From Tubulanus polymorphus (lineage: Eukaryota; Animalia; Nemertea): a stretch of 64,000 bases of DNA. Location of the stretch: positions 13,306,957 through 13,370,956 of the forward strand of contig NC_134030.1 in assembly GCF_964204645.1 (NCBI RefSeq), read 5' to 3'. The notes beneath the pieces were generated by a model, which saw only the letters and a program-made list of their open reading frames with translations, was not told the DNA's origin and searched no databases. Every line of letters starts with the position of its first letter. Position 1 is the stretch's first letter. This document shows, piece by piece, positions 52,645-64,000 of this stretch. The translations under genes and the position numbers were made by a program.

Positions 52645-53150
52645 AGCTTTTTTTGTTCAAATAACTTTTCGCTCGAAATTTTTTTCGTCGAACCAATAAC
52701 ATTTCATTCAATTGAATCAATTTGAAAAAAATCGTTAGGACAAAGTTGTTTACGTTCGAACAAACTGTTTTTGTCAATACGAAATGTTTTTCGTTCGAAC
52801 AATTGTTCGATCGAACAGAATCGTTTTCAATCTCATGTCAGAATGTTAAGTTTCCGTTCGAACAAGTATATTGTAAAAAGTTTTTCAATCGAAGAGAATT
52901 ATTTTCATTCAAACATTTGTTCGAAACAAAACTGTTTTCACTCGACAAATTTTTTTGTCGGGAAAGAAAGTTTTTCACTTCAACAATTATTTTATTATTT
53001 TTATAATTTTATTCGAATAATTTTTTTTGTCAGAACGATGAAAAGTTTTCATTTGAACAAAAAGCATATTGTTCCATCTAACTGAATTTAGTCTTTTCGT
53101 TACAATGAGTATACTTTATTCGAACAAAATAATCTTCTCATTCGAACACT
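52645..53150. repeat. Degenerate TTCGAAC(A)-core repeat tract
   Basis: Many TTCGAACA-like units. Confidence 0.6.
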
Positions 53151-53199
53151 GAACCTAGGTTTTCTTTATCCAATATACATATAATGCCTTTCATGTTGA

Positions 53200-53480
53200 A
53201 GCCCATCTTCCATGTTTCTAACCTCATCAAATGCTTTTTCGAAATCTATAAAGACTAATTGAGACCTAATGGTCGATTTTCAAGAGTCAAATAACCATCT
53301 GGTCCAATCATCCATGGTTTCAAACAAGGCCTCGTTGACTGTTTGCCAACCGTCCTTTAATAAAACCGTTTTGACAGTTGAACAGGATTCTAACTTCCCT
53401 TCATGTTTATGGCATGGTGCGGCTGCATCAGCGTACACACGATCGTCGATACAGTATTCAGACGAGATCAAGAATACGAA
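53200..53480 (-). pseudogene. Small LINE reverse-transcriptase relic
   Basis: Minus strand reads LVFIDFEKAFD at ~53225-53260. Confidence 0.35.
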
Positions 53481-53819
53481 CGAGGATTTGCAGAAAACCC
53501 GCTATCGCTGTTTTGCAGCTATATTTATTGTTATCATTATTATTATAAATTTTTCACTTTGCAGCCAAAAATATTTAATAAAATGTAACTGACCATTTCG
53601 CCTGACCATTTCGAATTTGCGTTATGAATTAATTCCGCGTAACTATTGGGTCTAAACAGCAAATAAGAATGTCTCAAGCATCATCATCCATTGATAAATG
53701 TACACCCCGAAAAAGGCCTACAAATTACCGGAGGACCTTGAGCTTCAAACTATACCGTAAATCACGGAAACGGACTACATTAGTCTGGACCCTTCATTTC
53801 CCGCGAACAATAACTACAG

Positions 53820-54520
53820 CGGCGCAGCGAAACAACAGGGTGGATGGTTGAAATCATTTTTGGCTTAAATTTATAGAGTTTTGGGACTTAAATGAATTTC
53901 ACGGAACCATGATCCCTAAAATTAGTCAATTGATTAATTATATTCCTACATAAAATTGACGTTGGCTCAAAGCAACGTAATATGGACAGAAATGGCAGGG
54001 TTTTTCACATGCAATTCTAAATCTGCGTTCACTTGACGATCGATGACAACGACGACAGCAGAGTTTATGTAATTTCCGATGAGAATCCGTTAACAAGGGC
54101 TTGTTTTGTATGATTTATTGAGTACATATGGTGGCAAATGAGTACTCGGTGAAGCAGTGATAATTGTTGGCTACCCGGTATCTACGGTCTTAGTGCCTAA
54201 ATTGAGCTAGCTATTGGGGGGGGGGGGGTACGCCTAGAATAGATTAAGGCCCTAAATGTAGTGTGTAGAGCCAGTGGAAAGCCTAAGTAGTTAGTAAGGG
54301 GCTGGTTTACACTCTACGACTATTTATTTTGAGTATTTTCTTTCCAGCTATTACTCGTGGAATGAACTGTTCACTATGGTCTTCAATTCCTTTGGCTTTG
54401 CAGATTCTTGCAGCTGGTAGAAATAGATTCAAACCACAGTGTGCAAGTGTACGTTTCAAATGAAGCTTTTTCGTCATCGTCGTAATTTAAGCGCAGCAGT
54501 CTCGGATGCTGTAAGTACTT
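53820..54520. repeat. Interspersed repeat R1, copy 2 (inverted relative to copy 1), interrupted by Polinton copy 2
   Basis: Reverse complement of 11826-12535 joined to 4590-4673. Confidence 0.8.
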
Positions 54521-54745
54521 AGTAAATAGGAATAAGTTGTTCTAGATCAAAGTTCGAGAGGTCGAATTCATAAAAAATGAAAAATAAATTCTCGCACACT
54601 CGAATTTATTTTTCATTTTTTATGAATTCGACCCCTCAACCTTTAATCTAGAACAACTTATTCATATTTACTCTTAAAATGTTCATATATATAAATGAAT
54701 AACATGTAAAATCAATTTCAATAGAAATTTGGATATTAAAATGGA
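54521..54745 (+). repeat. Left TIR of Polinton copy 2 with a 152-bp terminal hairpin (54521-54672)
   Basis: Arms AGTAAATAGGAATAAGTTGTTCTAGAT... / ...ATCTAGAACAACTTATTCATATTTACT; loop TCGCACACTC. Confidence 0.9.
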
Positions 54746-55437
54746 GCCAGAACCATCACAAACTAACAATATTACAATATAACAAATAATATTATATAAC
54801 ATATAATGGTGTTATAAATATATACTACAAGAAATGTTCTAAATGTGAATTAGATAAGCCATTTACAGATTATTATAATTGTAACATTGGTAAAGATGGT
54901 TTTCAAAATACTTTTAAAAATTGCAAAAAAGCAAATGATAAACAATATTATATAAATAATACTGAAAAATGCAAAGAAACAAAAAAACAATATTATATGA
55001 ATAATAAAGAAATATGTAAAGAAAAAATTTAACAATGGAAAGAAAATAACCCAGAATATGTTAAAGCGTACCAAAATAATTATCATAAAGAAAAATACCA
55101 AACAGATCTTAATTTTAAATTGAAACAATGTTTAAGATCTAGATTATCGCAATTATTCAGTAAAGACAAACACTCATACACGCTATCTAATTTGTTAGGT
55201 TGCACAGATGAATTCTTAAAATCATGGATTGTATATCAATTCGACGATAAAATGAATATAGATAATTATGGTGAATACTTTCATATTGATCACGTGTTAC
55301 CAATATCGAAATTCAACATGAATGATGACCACAATCAGAAGCTAATCTGGAATTGGAGAAATTTAAGACCTCTTGAAAAGAAGGAACATTTGATTAAACA
55401 TAGCAAACTTGATTTACAGTTATATTTGGAGCAATAA
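54741..55437 (+). pseudogene. HNH-type endonuclease with N-terminal zinc ribbon (type common in large DNA viruses), disrupted
   Basis: KKCSKC..K...KDG...KNC; LRSRL..LLGCT..FLKSWI..QF..MNIDNYGEYFHIDHVLP..FN..NWRNLRPL. Confidence 0.8.
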
Positions 55438-56670
55438 GATAAAGCAAAGACATTTGTTGAATTATGGAATAGTAGCTCGCAGAATTGCCCACATACTGAA
55501 TTTTATAAACGCCCGATAATACTCAACTATATAGCTGGATGTATTAGCTGTAGTTTGGTAAACATCTGTTACCAGCTTACATTTCAATTGTAAAGAATTA
55601 ATTTCATAAAGCCTATAAAAGAACAGCTGTCACCAGAGTTTCCATGGTGCCAGACAGTGCCTTGACGTATTGAGACATAGTGAATCGCCCACCTCTGGCA
55701 CATTACATCATCCTCGATCGCGCATACAGAACGCATTGGATATTCTCTCTCGAAACACAGTTTACAGTTCTAAATCTAAATGTAAGTACCGTTTTTGTAG
55801 TTATTATGAAGTAGGGAAACCTTTTAACATATTTAAGTACAGTAATTCACAGCAACGCTGTGATAAAACATCCGTTAGGGGTTATTTGTATTGATATATA
55901 TTTAACAACAGCTCTGTGACTTTGGAATACTCCGAGCTGTAATAAAGTGAAATACAAGCCACTTCCCAAACTCACAAGCTATGTTTTGACTCGTGTTAAA
56001 TTTTAACATTAACCTGGTTCAACTTCAAGTTAATTATGTTCTACGCTAGATATCTAGCTAGATATCTTTTAGATATCAAAATGAAGACCATTGAATCAAG
56101 AAGGTGAAGATGGATGGATTCTGAATCAGAAATTATGGTTATTTCATCACAAGAGACTGAAGCTGTTTCATCGTGCTCTATTATATATGTCGGAATTGCA
56201 GTTGCGCGTACATTAGTCGTTCGGTCGTTATTAATGGTGACGGCTGTTCTGTATTGATTGTTACAGTTCTATGTTTGAATGTTGTAGTTTACAGGATAAA
56301 TTATATAATCCACGCATGCGCACTGAGCAAAAGCGGTCTTCTAGGACCGCATTTCTATGGTTCTCCATTGTTCTATCTTCGATCGCTACAATTTGCATAA
56401 TAAATATATGTGTTTATGAAATAGTAATTCCACCAGGCGTTTCGTTGAATTTATTTTCCGTTGAGGATTTATTATCGAGAACCCGAAATGACTTATCTGG
56501 ACAGTTATAGTTACCGCTCCCATAGATAGACAATAGTAGTGAGATATTGAATCCTGATTTAAATAAAAAGTATTAAAAAAAACAATAACTTCAACTAGCT
56601 AGTGAATTCTATTATATTTTTAATATTTTCTCTTGGCAATTCTAATTGACACTAGATTAAACATATTTTG

Positions 56671-56751
<81 letters not shown>

Positions 56752-58730
56752 TAATAATAAATATGGATTTTTATAGCGCAGCTTTCCATGTTAAAAAAAC
56801 AAAGTTGCGCTCCAGGGAATAGTATTGGCTGAATAGTTTTGTTTTGATGTGAGATTTGAACTGGTCAACTGTCATGGTAAGTGTAGATTCTCTTGAGTCG
56901 ATGAACTGATTCCAGAGTCGAGGTGCGTGGGATGAGAAGGCTCTGCCGCCAAATGTAGATAAGCTGAGTGATGGTTCTGACAGTTTGAATTGGTTAGATG
57001 ATTGAAGTGTTCGCCTTGGGGTATACACAGTAATTAGATGAGCAATATGGGCCGGTGCTATTCCGGTAAGAGGTTTGAATACTAGCAGTAGTGTTTTGAA
57101 GTCAATTCTTGCTTCTACTGGTAGCCAGTGTAACTACATGAGCGCTGGAGTTATATGCTCTCGTTTTGGGGTGCGCTGCACATTTTTGTAATTTCTGTAA
57201 GCTTCCACACAAGTCACTGGTTATTCCAGCCAGAAGGCTATTACAGTAGTCCAGCCTAGACAAGACAAGAGCTTGGACAAGTGCCTTGGTAGCATTTCTA
57301 TTCAGATTCTTTCTAGCTAATCCAATGTTACGAATGTGAAAATATTCGCTTTTCAACACAGATTTCACATGTGCACTCATAGACATTTCATGATCGAACA
57401 TAACACCGAGATTGCAGATCGGCGACTTTGAAACAGGGATACAAACACCCACGAACATGAGAGATTCAATGTCGGTAATATTGAGACGCTGCGATGTACC
57501 TAAAGGAAATACCTCAGTCTTTCCAGCATTTGCTTTGAGGAAATGGTCGGTATACCATTTATACACCGCGACCAAACACTTCTCAACATTTTACAGTTGT
57601 TGATTAACACGGATCATGAATGGATTTAATTACCTTGTACACTTGGTTGTCATCTGCAAATCCATGTCTATCAATATCAAATCATTTTATCAGTTTACCC
57701 AGAGGAAGCAGATAGACAAGAAAGAGTAAGGGGCCCAACACTGAGCCTTGTGGTACCCCACACTTTAACTCGTATGAATCAGAGGCATGGCCGTTAAAAG
57801 TAACATTCAATGTCCTGTGGGTGAGGTACGTCTTCAACCATTGGAGTGCTCTTCCATCGATGCCCAGGTAATGTTTGATGCGAGAGAGTAACACGGTGTG
57901 ATATACCGTATTAAATGCCGCACTAAGATCGAGTAGTATCAGTATCACAATTGAACCCTGATCGATGAGGGTACGAATGTCATCTTGCACCTTGAGCAAA
58001 GCTGTCTCTGTGCTATGCCTTGGTTTATAGGCTGATTGCAAGACATCGTGAAGATGGTTACGATCCTCACGCAGTCGACTGGCTACAACTCTCTCGTGAA
58101 CCTTAGACACAAATGAGGGATTACTAACTGGGCGATAGTTCTGGAGAGACTCAGGATCCAGAGATGACTTCTTGAGAATTGGTGTTACGATTGCTACCTT
58201 CATGGAATCAGGCACAGATCCACTAGCCATTGACAAATTCACAATGTAAGATACTGCTGGCAATACACAATCCACAACATTTTTGAATAACCAAGTCGGA
58301 AGTGGATCAAGTGCGCACGATTTGTTTGGAGCGCTCATGATTATTTTCCGAACTTCATCATCATCTGTTTGTTCAAACTCGTTCATTTTACACTCAGAAA
58401 GAACTGCAAAATTCTGCATGTTTGGCAACGAATCAACTGGTAGCGTAGAACGGATGACCTCAACCTTGTCCAGAAAGAACTTAACAAAGTGGTCAGCTAG
58501 TTCACCAGGGTGATCATGCTTCGGCAAACTAGAAGTTTTTCCGCTGTGTAGAATTTCGTTGTAAACACGCTGGAGTTTCTTTTGATCACCAGCAGCATCC
58601 TCAATAAGTGTATTATAATAGGATGACTTCGCTCTCTGTATCATTTTACTGTACTCTTTGCGACAGCGCTGGTATATCTGATAATGAACTGTTAGTTTCG
58701 AATTTCGCCAAACTTTCTCAGCTTTACGTT
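56671..58730 (-). mobile_element. L2/Crack-like LINE, 5'-truncated, long (TTA)n tail, 8-bp TSD TATTTTGA
   Basis: KSCALDPLPT, NYRPVSN, QSAY..HSTETAL, LDLSAAF, GVPQGSVLGP, LSRLDYCNS; empty site visible in copy 1 at ~13025. Confidence 0.93.
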
Positions 58731-58859
58731 TATTTTGAATAGATTTGAATTAGAATTCTTTGTCTTCAAATAGCTAGTATCAGTAGTCAATACTAGAATT
58801 CTTTACCTTTAACTTGCTAGTATACTTATAATATTTTTTTCGCTTTTTCTCTAATATAA

Positions 58860-59432
58860 ATGTCAAAGAAATCGAGTAAAAATAATACCGATATTGAAAA
58901 AACAATTGAGGATTTAAGTATTACAGATAATAAAGATACAGTTGTTTCTAATTGTATTCAAAATGATGATATTGATTATGAATACTATTTAACATGTAAG
59001 CACTATCTTGAGTTACTTATTGCTGGTGGAAAATCTAAGGATTTCTTGGGAAAAATTATACCTTTTCAAGAATTAGTTTACATGAAACCAGATAAAGTAA
59101 TAAAACATTTCAAAATATATGAAGAAGCTAGATTAGCTAGAATAAACGATTCTATAAGTGATGGAATAGTAAAATATTACTCAAACTTATGTAACCGAGT
59201 AATACCAATTGATGATGAAAATAAATTATATAGTGATTTAAAAAATGATTATTTAGTTATGACAGAATTACAAAAATGGGTTGGATACGCTTCATTTCAA
59301 TTGGCAGGAATAATTACAGTAATTTCTACTGGAGTTATAACATTTTCTAACATTAAACCTATAGAATACAAAGATAAAAGTAAATCAGAAGATATTGAAT
59401 CAGAACAAAAATTAACTAAAATAAATGAGTGA
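58860..59432 (+). CDS. Polinton ORF A, copy 2
   Basis: Intact 190 aa, homologous to 13159-13767. Confidence 0.8.
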   Translation: MSKKSSKNNTDIEKTIEDLSITDNKDTVVSNCIQNDDIDYEYYLTCKHYLELLIAGGKSKDFLGKIIPFQELVYMKPDKVIKHFKIYEEARLARINDSISDGIVKYYSNLCNRVIPIDDENKLYSDLKNDYLVMTELQKWVGYASFQLAGIITVISTGVITFSNIKPIEYKDKSKSEDIESEQKLTKINE

Positions 59433-59781
59433 TGATGTCAAGAAGAAGCCTAGATCTGAAAAACAAATCAAATGGGCGAGGGAGTTAGGTAAAAGATCTT
59501 CAGAATTAAAAAGAGCTAAGAAAAAGAAATTAACTGATATAAATGAATCACAGAAATTATCTGATATTGATTCGAATGATAATCCATCTAATTCTTCTAA
59601 TACTGGAAGAAATGATTACTTATATATTACAATTGGGTTAATCACAGTTATTATATTCTCTGGTGTAATATATAAATCCAAATCTAATAATAATGATTCC
59701 GATGGCAAACCTATTATACCAGAAAATAAGTCAAATGATAAAGTCATTGAAAATAAATCTAAATTATTATTAATGGATTAA
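59425..59781 (+). CDS. Polinton ORF B, copy 2
   Basis: Intact 118 aa with one TM segment. Confidence 0.8.
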   Translation: MSDDVKKKPRSEKQIKWARELGKRSSELKRAKKKKLTDINESQKLSDIDSNDNPSNSSNTGRNDYLYITIGLITVIIFSGVIYKSKSNNNDSDGKPIIPENKSNDKVIENKSKLLLMD

Positions 59782-59787
59782 AATAAG

Positions 59788-60844
59788 ATGAAAAAAGAAC
59801 AATATCTAAGAGATTTATATTATAACACAGAGAGTGAAGTATCATATTCTAGTATTTCAGAATTATGGGATAAAATTAAATCTGATAAAGAAAATATAAA
59901 ATATAGTGAATTATAATTATGGTTACAAAACCAACCCACGTATCAAATCCACAAGAAAATGGATAAAAATTATTTAACAAGAAAAGTCATGGTTTCATAT
60001 ATTGATCAACTATGGCAAGCAGATTTAATTGATATGAAGAACTTAGAGGAATACAACAAATGATATTTTTGGATATTAAATGTTATAGATATATTCAGCA
60101 GATACGCATGGAGTATACCAATAAAGAATAAAACAGGCATAGAAGTTACAAATGCTTTTAAAAATATATTTAAAGAAGCTATTCCAGGTAAGATACAATT
60201 CGATGAAGGTAAGGAATTCTATAATAAACATTTAAAAAAATTATTATCTGATAACGATGTAGAGTATTTTTCAACACACTCAGATAAAAAAGCATCTATT
60301 ATAGAAAGGTTTAATAAAACATTGAAAACTAGAATGTGGAAATATTTTACTGCCAATGAAACATATAAATATATAGATGTATTAGATGATTTAGTGAAAG
60401 GTTATAATAATTCTAAACATTCAAGCTAGAAAAGAGGATAATTCAGAAGTTGTTTGGAATAATTTATATGGAGCGTTTGTTACACATGATTTTGGTGAAC
60501 CAAAGTTTAAAATAGGACAACATGTAAGAATATCTAAATATCGAAAAACATTTTATAAAGGTTATACTCCAAAATTTACTGAAGAAATATTTAAGGTTAA
60601 AAATATAATACTTACTAAACCATTTGTTTATAAATTATAAGATTTAAAAGATGAAGAAATATTAGGTTATTTTTATGAACAAGAATTATCACTTGTACCA
60701 AACCCGGATGAAATAGAATACAAAAAAGTATTAAAAACAAAAACTCTTGAAGGAAAAAAGTATTCTTTGGTGAAATATAAAGGGTACGATGATGAATTTT
60801 ATGAAAGGATTTTATCTAGTAAAATTAAAAGAATAAATGAATAA
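59788..60844 (+). pseudogene. rve integrase plus chromodomain, copy 2, disrupted
   Basis: WQADLIDM, QFDEGKEF, IERFNK; stop at 60061 and a deletion at ~60421. Confidence 0.9.
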
Positions 60845-60960
60845 AGATTTATCTATATTTGAACCACAAAATATGTTAGTTACTGGAGTAACCAACTGTG
60901 GTAAAACACATTTCATCTTAGATTTGATAGAAACTATTTATAAGAATCATTTTGATAATA

Positions 60961-63900
60961 TGAAAGGCTGAATCCAAGAACATGTCTATCTCACTTTTGA
61001 GCCCAAACGTCTACTTTTACTTAGTAGCCACTTGAGAACAATAAGCAATTAACGATATCAGCTACTTTTCCAGTAGTATACATTTCAAAACAGTCACTCT
61101 GAAATAGTATTCTATTAGTCTACTATTGAAAAGTGACCATTTTGAAACATCTGGTTTCGATAGTGCACACTAGCAGTAGAGGTGACTGTAAAACCACCCG
61201 CCTGTTAACAGTGACTTAGTGATAGTAACTCCTACCATAGCAGCTACTCTCAAAACACATCGTTTCTAAAAGTCAACTATTGAAAAGTGACCATTTTGAA
61301 ATGGCATGGTTATTTCCTGTTCAAAATAGCAGCATCTGTTAAAGATTTGCAGTGATACGTGACAGGTTCAAAGGTACTGTCAAACCCTATATGCTTTGTG
61401 TACAGAACTCTGTATGCTTTGAATACAGTTCTGTGAATAGAAAATCAAAGTTTTTGAGTTGCTAAGAATCCCCTAAATTATATTACGCTCAACAAAATGG
61501 AAAACTATTCATTCATATAACATCATCATGGATTAAATCCATTAATACTAAAATATAGTGCCAGTCCTAGAATTCTTTACATTTGCGATTATAAAACATT
61601 CTGGTGCGTTCATAAATCTTTGATTTTGTAGGAAAGAAAGACAAGACAAAAAAATAAATTTGTCTTTTAGGCTTAATTTGTTTTTAAGGGTATATGAGAG
61701 AGGATTTACAAATAAAATCATATGTTCAAAAAATGAATTACGAAAAAAATGTATCTAAAATACTTAGAATTAACCTTGAATTAATTGTTTGTTTCGATAC
61801 AAACGATTTTTAAATAATCCATGTGATGTTCACTTTGTCACGCTGTTCTCTGCTTGTTCGTTAATGAATATTGAATCATTTTATCGCTTGCTAGAAATGA
61901 TACCATAATCAAAATCTTATTTCGTAGTTATACAGTTTGGTTGAAATGAAATTACCAACTTATTATAAAAGATCAAACGATTAGCGTATAAAAGTGCAGT
62001 GTTGAGATGTTTACGTAATTTTGAAGTCAGCAATTTCATTTGATAGAGAAAAGTTATTTTGGCTTAAGATGTGAAAGAAATGCAATATGCTGTAATTCTA
62101 GTTTCACATACTTTCCCACTTTGTTGAGTAAATTGTTTATATAGGTTATCAAAAACCTAGCAGCAGCTATCGGTCAGCAGGTCAATTACACTGGCTAACT
62201 AGACAGTGATTGATGAACGAATGAACAAACTGCATTGGCCACCAAAAGACCACAAACCAAAAGTAATTACCTCTTAATATTGATAAACTTAGCACCGCAA
62301 TATCTCTATGAAACTTTATTTCAAGGTGCCAATACAATAACATGCCAAAATGTACGGTGTTTGAACTTCGCTGAATCGATGAACCAATGATCGCTGAATT
62401 ATAAGATTATCAGTTAACTCATTAACTGAATTATCAGTTTTCTCCAACTAAACTCTTTTTCTCAAATTATCGTAAACCAACGTTACCAATACTTGAATTT
62501 GGAAGTGAATGTGAGCTAGAACTAACAAAGGTACCGGTTTAAGGTGCAGATATACAGGGAATCCCTCTTCTAGCGACCAACACGGTTTTATATCGCTTCT
62601 TTGCCGATTAGTAAATAATTTTCGATCTAAACGGCTACAGGACCCGAAGAAGTCGAATAAAATACTCTAAAACGTGTTAACTGTAGACAAATGAAGAAAT
62701 TCCACAATAGAATTTTGTATCATGAAATTTATTATAGTTAAACCACAACGTTTCAGCTGTTGACTGACAGCCATCTTACTAAAAGCCCTTATCACTAGGA
62801 ATGTCTACATTCCACCTGATGATGGCTGTTAGTCTACAGTCAAAACGCTGCGGTTTCACCTTAACAAATTTTATCATATTTAAAATTCTATTTCTTCATT
62901 CATGACCCCAGGGACGATCACCAAAGGCCGTAACCGTAATCCAAATGAAATCTTGAATACCATAAAAAGTTTCTTCTATTAAATTCGATCAAATATGGGC
63001 ACAATTTAGATGATTTCTTTAGAATGTTAAAAATCCACATGAATATAGCATATTTTGTTTGAAAAAAATCAATGATTTCGCAAAATTATAATTCAGGGAA
63101 ATTCGAACACTCCGAAATGTCTTAATTTAAGATGCAAAGACATCCAGGCCCCCGTTGAAGATAAACCACCATTTCAATAATGAGAGGTTAGCCTGAATTT
63201 TTGCGCTTTTAATCTAAGAATTTAAATCAAAAATAAATGCAGACCTATGCTTGAAAATAGCTGCATTTGTTCAAATTGAATTCTTTATTCAATTACATCG
63301 CCATGAAAAGAAGGAAATTTTGATTTATCTTAAAACTACATAACTATTGACAATTTGTAAACAAATTTAACTCCAATTGAGAGTTGGGAATCGCTCATTA
63401 CATTTCACATCCTCAAAGATAGTATCTACAATATCTTCAGATCTCAACTGAGTCACTCTTTAATAGAACTATACCCCAAACTATAGCGTGAGTAGAGTTT
63501 CTCAGTATGTTTATATTGTCACGTATCACTGCAAATCTGAAGCATATGTTGCTACAGTGTATTTATAACAGGGAATCTGGCAAGCGATCTCAAAATTGTC
63601 ACTTTTCAACAGTTGACTTTTAGAAACGATGTGTTTTGAGAGTAGCTGCTATGGTAGGAGTTACTATCACAAAGTCACTGTTAACAGGCGGGTGGTTTTA
63701 CAGTCACCTCTACTGCTAGTGTGCACTATCGAAACCAGATGTTTCAAAATGGTCACTTTTAACAATAGTAGACTCTTAGAAACAGCCACTATAGAAAACC
63801 AACCGAATTGAAAGGAATACTATTCCAGAGTGACTGTTTTGAAATGATACTACTGGAAAAGTGGCTGATATCGTTAATTGCTTATTGTTCTCAAGTGGCT

Positions 63901-63965
63901 ACTAAGTAAAAGTAGACGTTTGGGCTCAAAAGTGCGATAGACATGTTCTTGGATTCAGCCTTTCA
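60961..63965. mobile_element. Non-autonomous DNA transposon with ~350-400-bp TIRs (TSD TA, or ATAT if the termini are GAAAGG)
   Basis: TGAAAGGCTGAATCCAAGAACATG... mirrored at ~63590-63965; empty site GATAATATAATATT in copy 1. Confidence 0.9.
62706..62892. mobile_element. Inverted pair of Penelope-like ends with degenerate hammerhead cores
   Basis: ~85-bp imperfect inverted arms; CTGATGA-stem-(A)AAAC on plus and AAGA-stem-GAAAC on minus. Confidence 0.4.
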
Positions 63966-64000
63966 TATAATATTATTCTGCCCTACTTGTGAAATGAATA

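Larger units (their letters stand above)
54521..64000. mobile_element. Polinton/Maverick copy 2 (left end intact, runs off the window)
   Basis: AGTA terminus plus hairpin TIR; ORF A, ORF B, integrase and ATPase colinear with copy 1. Confidence 0.92.
60837..64000 (+). pseudogene. Packaging ATPase, copy 2, split by the insertion at 60961-63965 and continuing past the window
   Basis: Walker A GVTNCGKT; NHFDN|IILFCPT rejoined across the insertion. Confidence 0.88.

Noticed and set aside
52722-53851. ORFs here as Gbx exon 1
   Set aside because: Wrong strand or repeat-derived, with no Gbx N-terminal motifs.
54850-55128. 92-aa hydrophobic minus-strand ORF as a membrane protein
   Set aside because: It is the antisense shadow of the A-rich HNH gene.

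Overview
Animal (invertebrate-looking) genomic DNA, almost all nested mobile elements around one host gene, the last exon of a Gbx/unplugged homeobox gene (50129-49660, minus strand). It contains two decayed copies of one very AT-rich, intron-less Polinton/Maverick (adintovirus-like) family. Copy 1 (~12940-39123, left end lost) has integrase, packaging ATPase, a zinc-finger gene, major and minor capsid proteins, membrane-type ORFs and a protein-primed PolB. Copy 2 (54521 to beyond 64000, left end intact) has an HNH nuclease, ORF A, ORF B, integrase and ATPase. Inserted into or around them are a CAC-ended CMC/Transib-clade transposon, two CR1/L2-group LINEs, an Academ transposon, two long-TIR non-autonomous elements, MITEs and Helentron-like ends. 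The most interesting signal is the Polinton's cis-regulatory grammar, which resembles poxvirus transcription signals: structural genes start with T6-7-N6-8-TAAATG (late-like); replication and regulatory genes start with TTTTAATAA-N12-13-TAAA(A)TGG (intermediate-like); and each terminus is a ~150-bp hairpin with compensatory changes, carrying an inverted pair of AAAAAATGAAAAATAAA (early-core-like). Together these suggest an endogenous virophage-like element expressed by a cytoplasmic pox-like helper virus (inference). All calls were made by eye, with no database searches.
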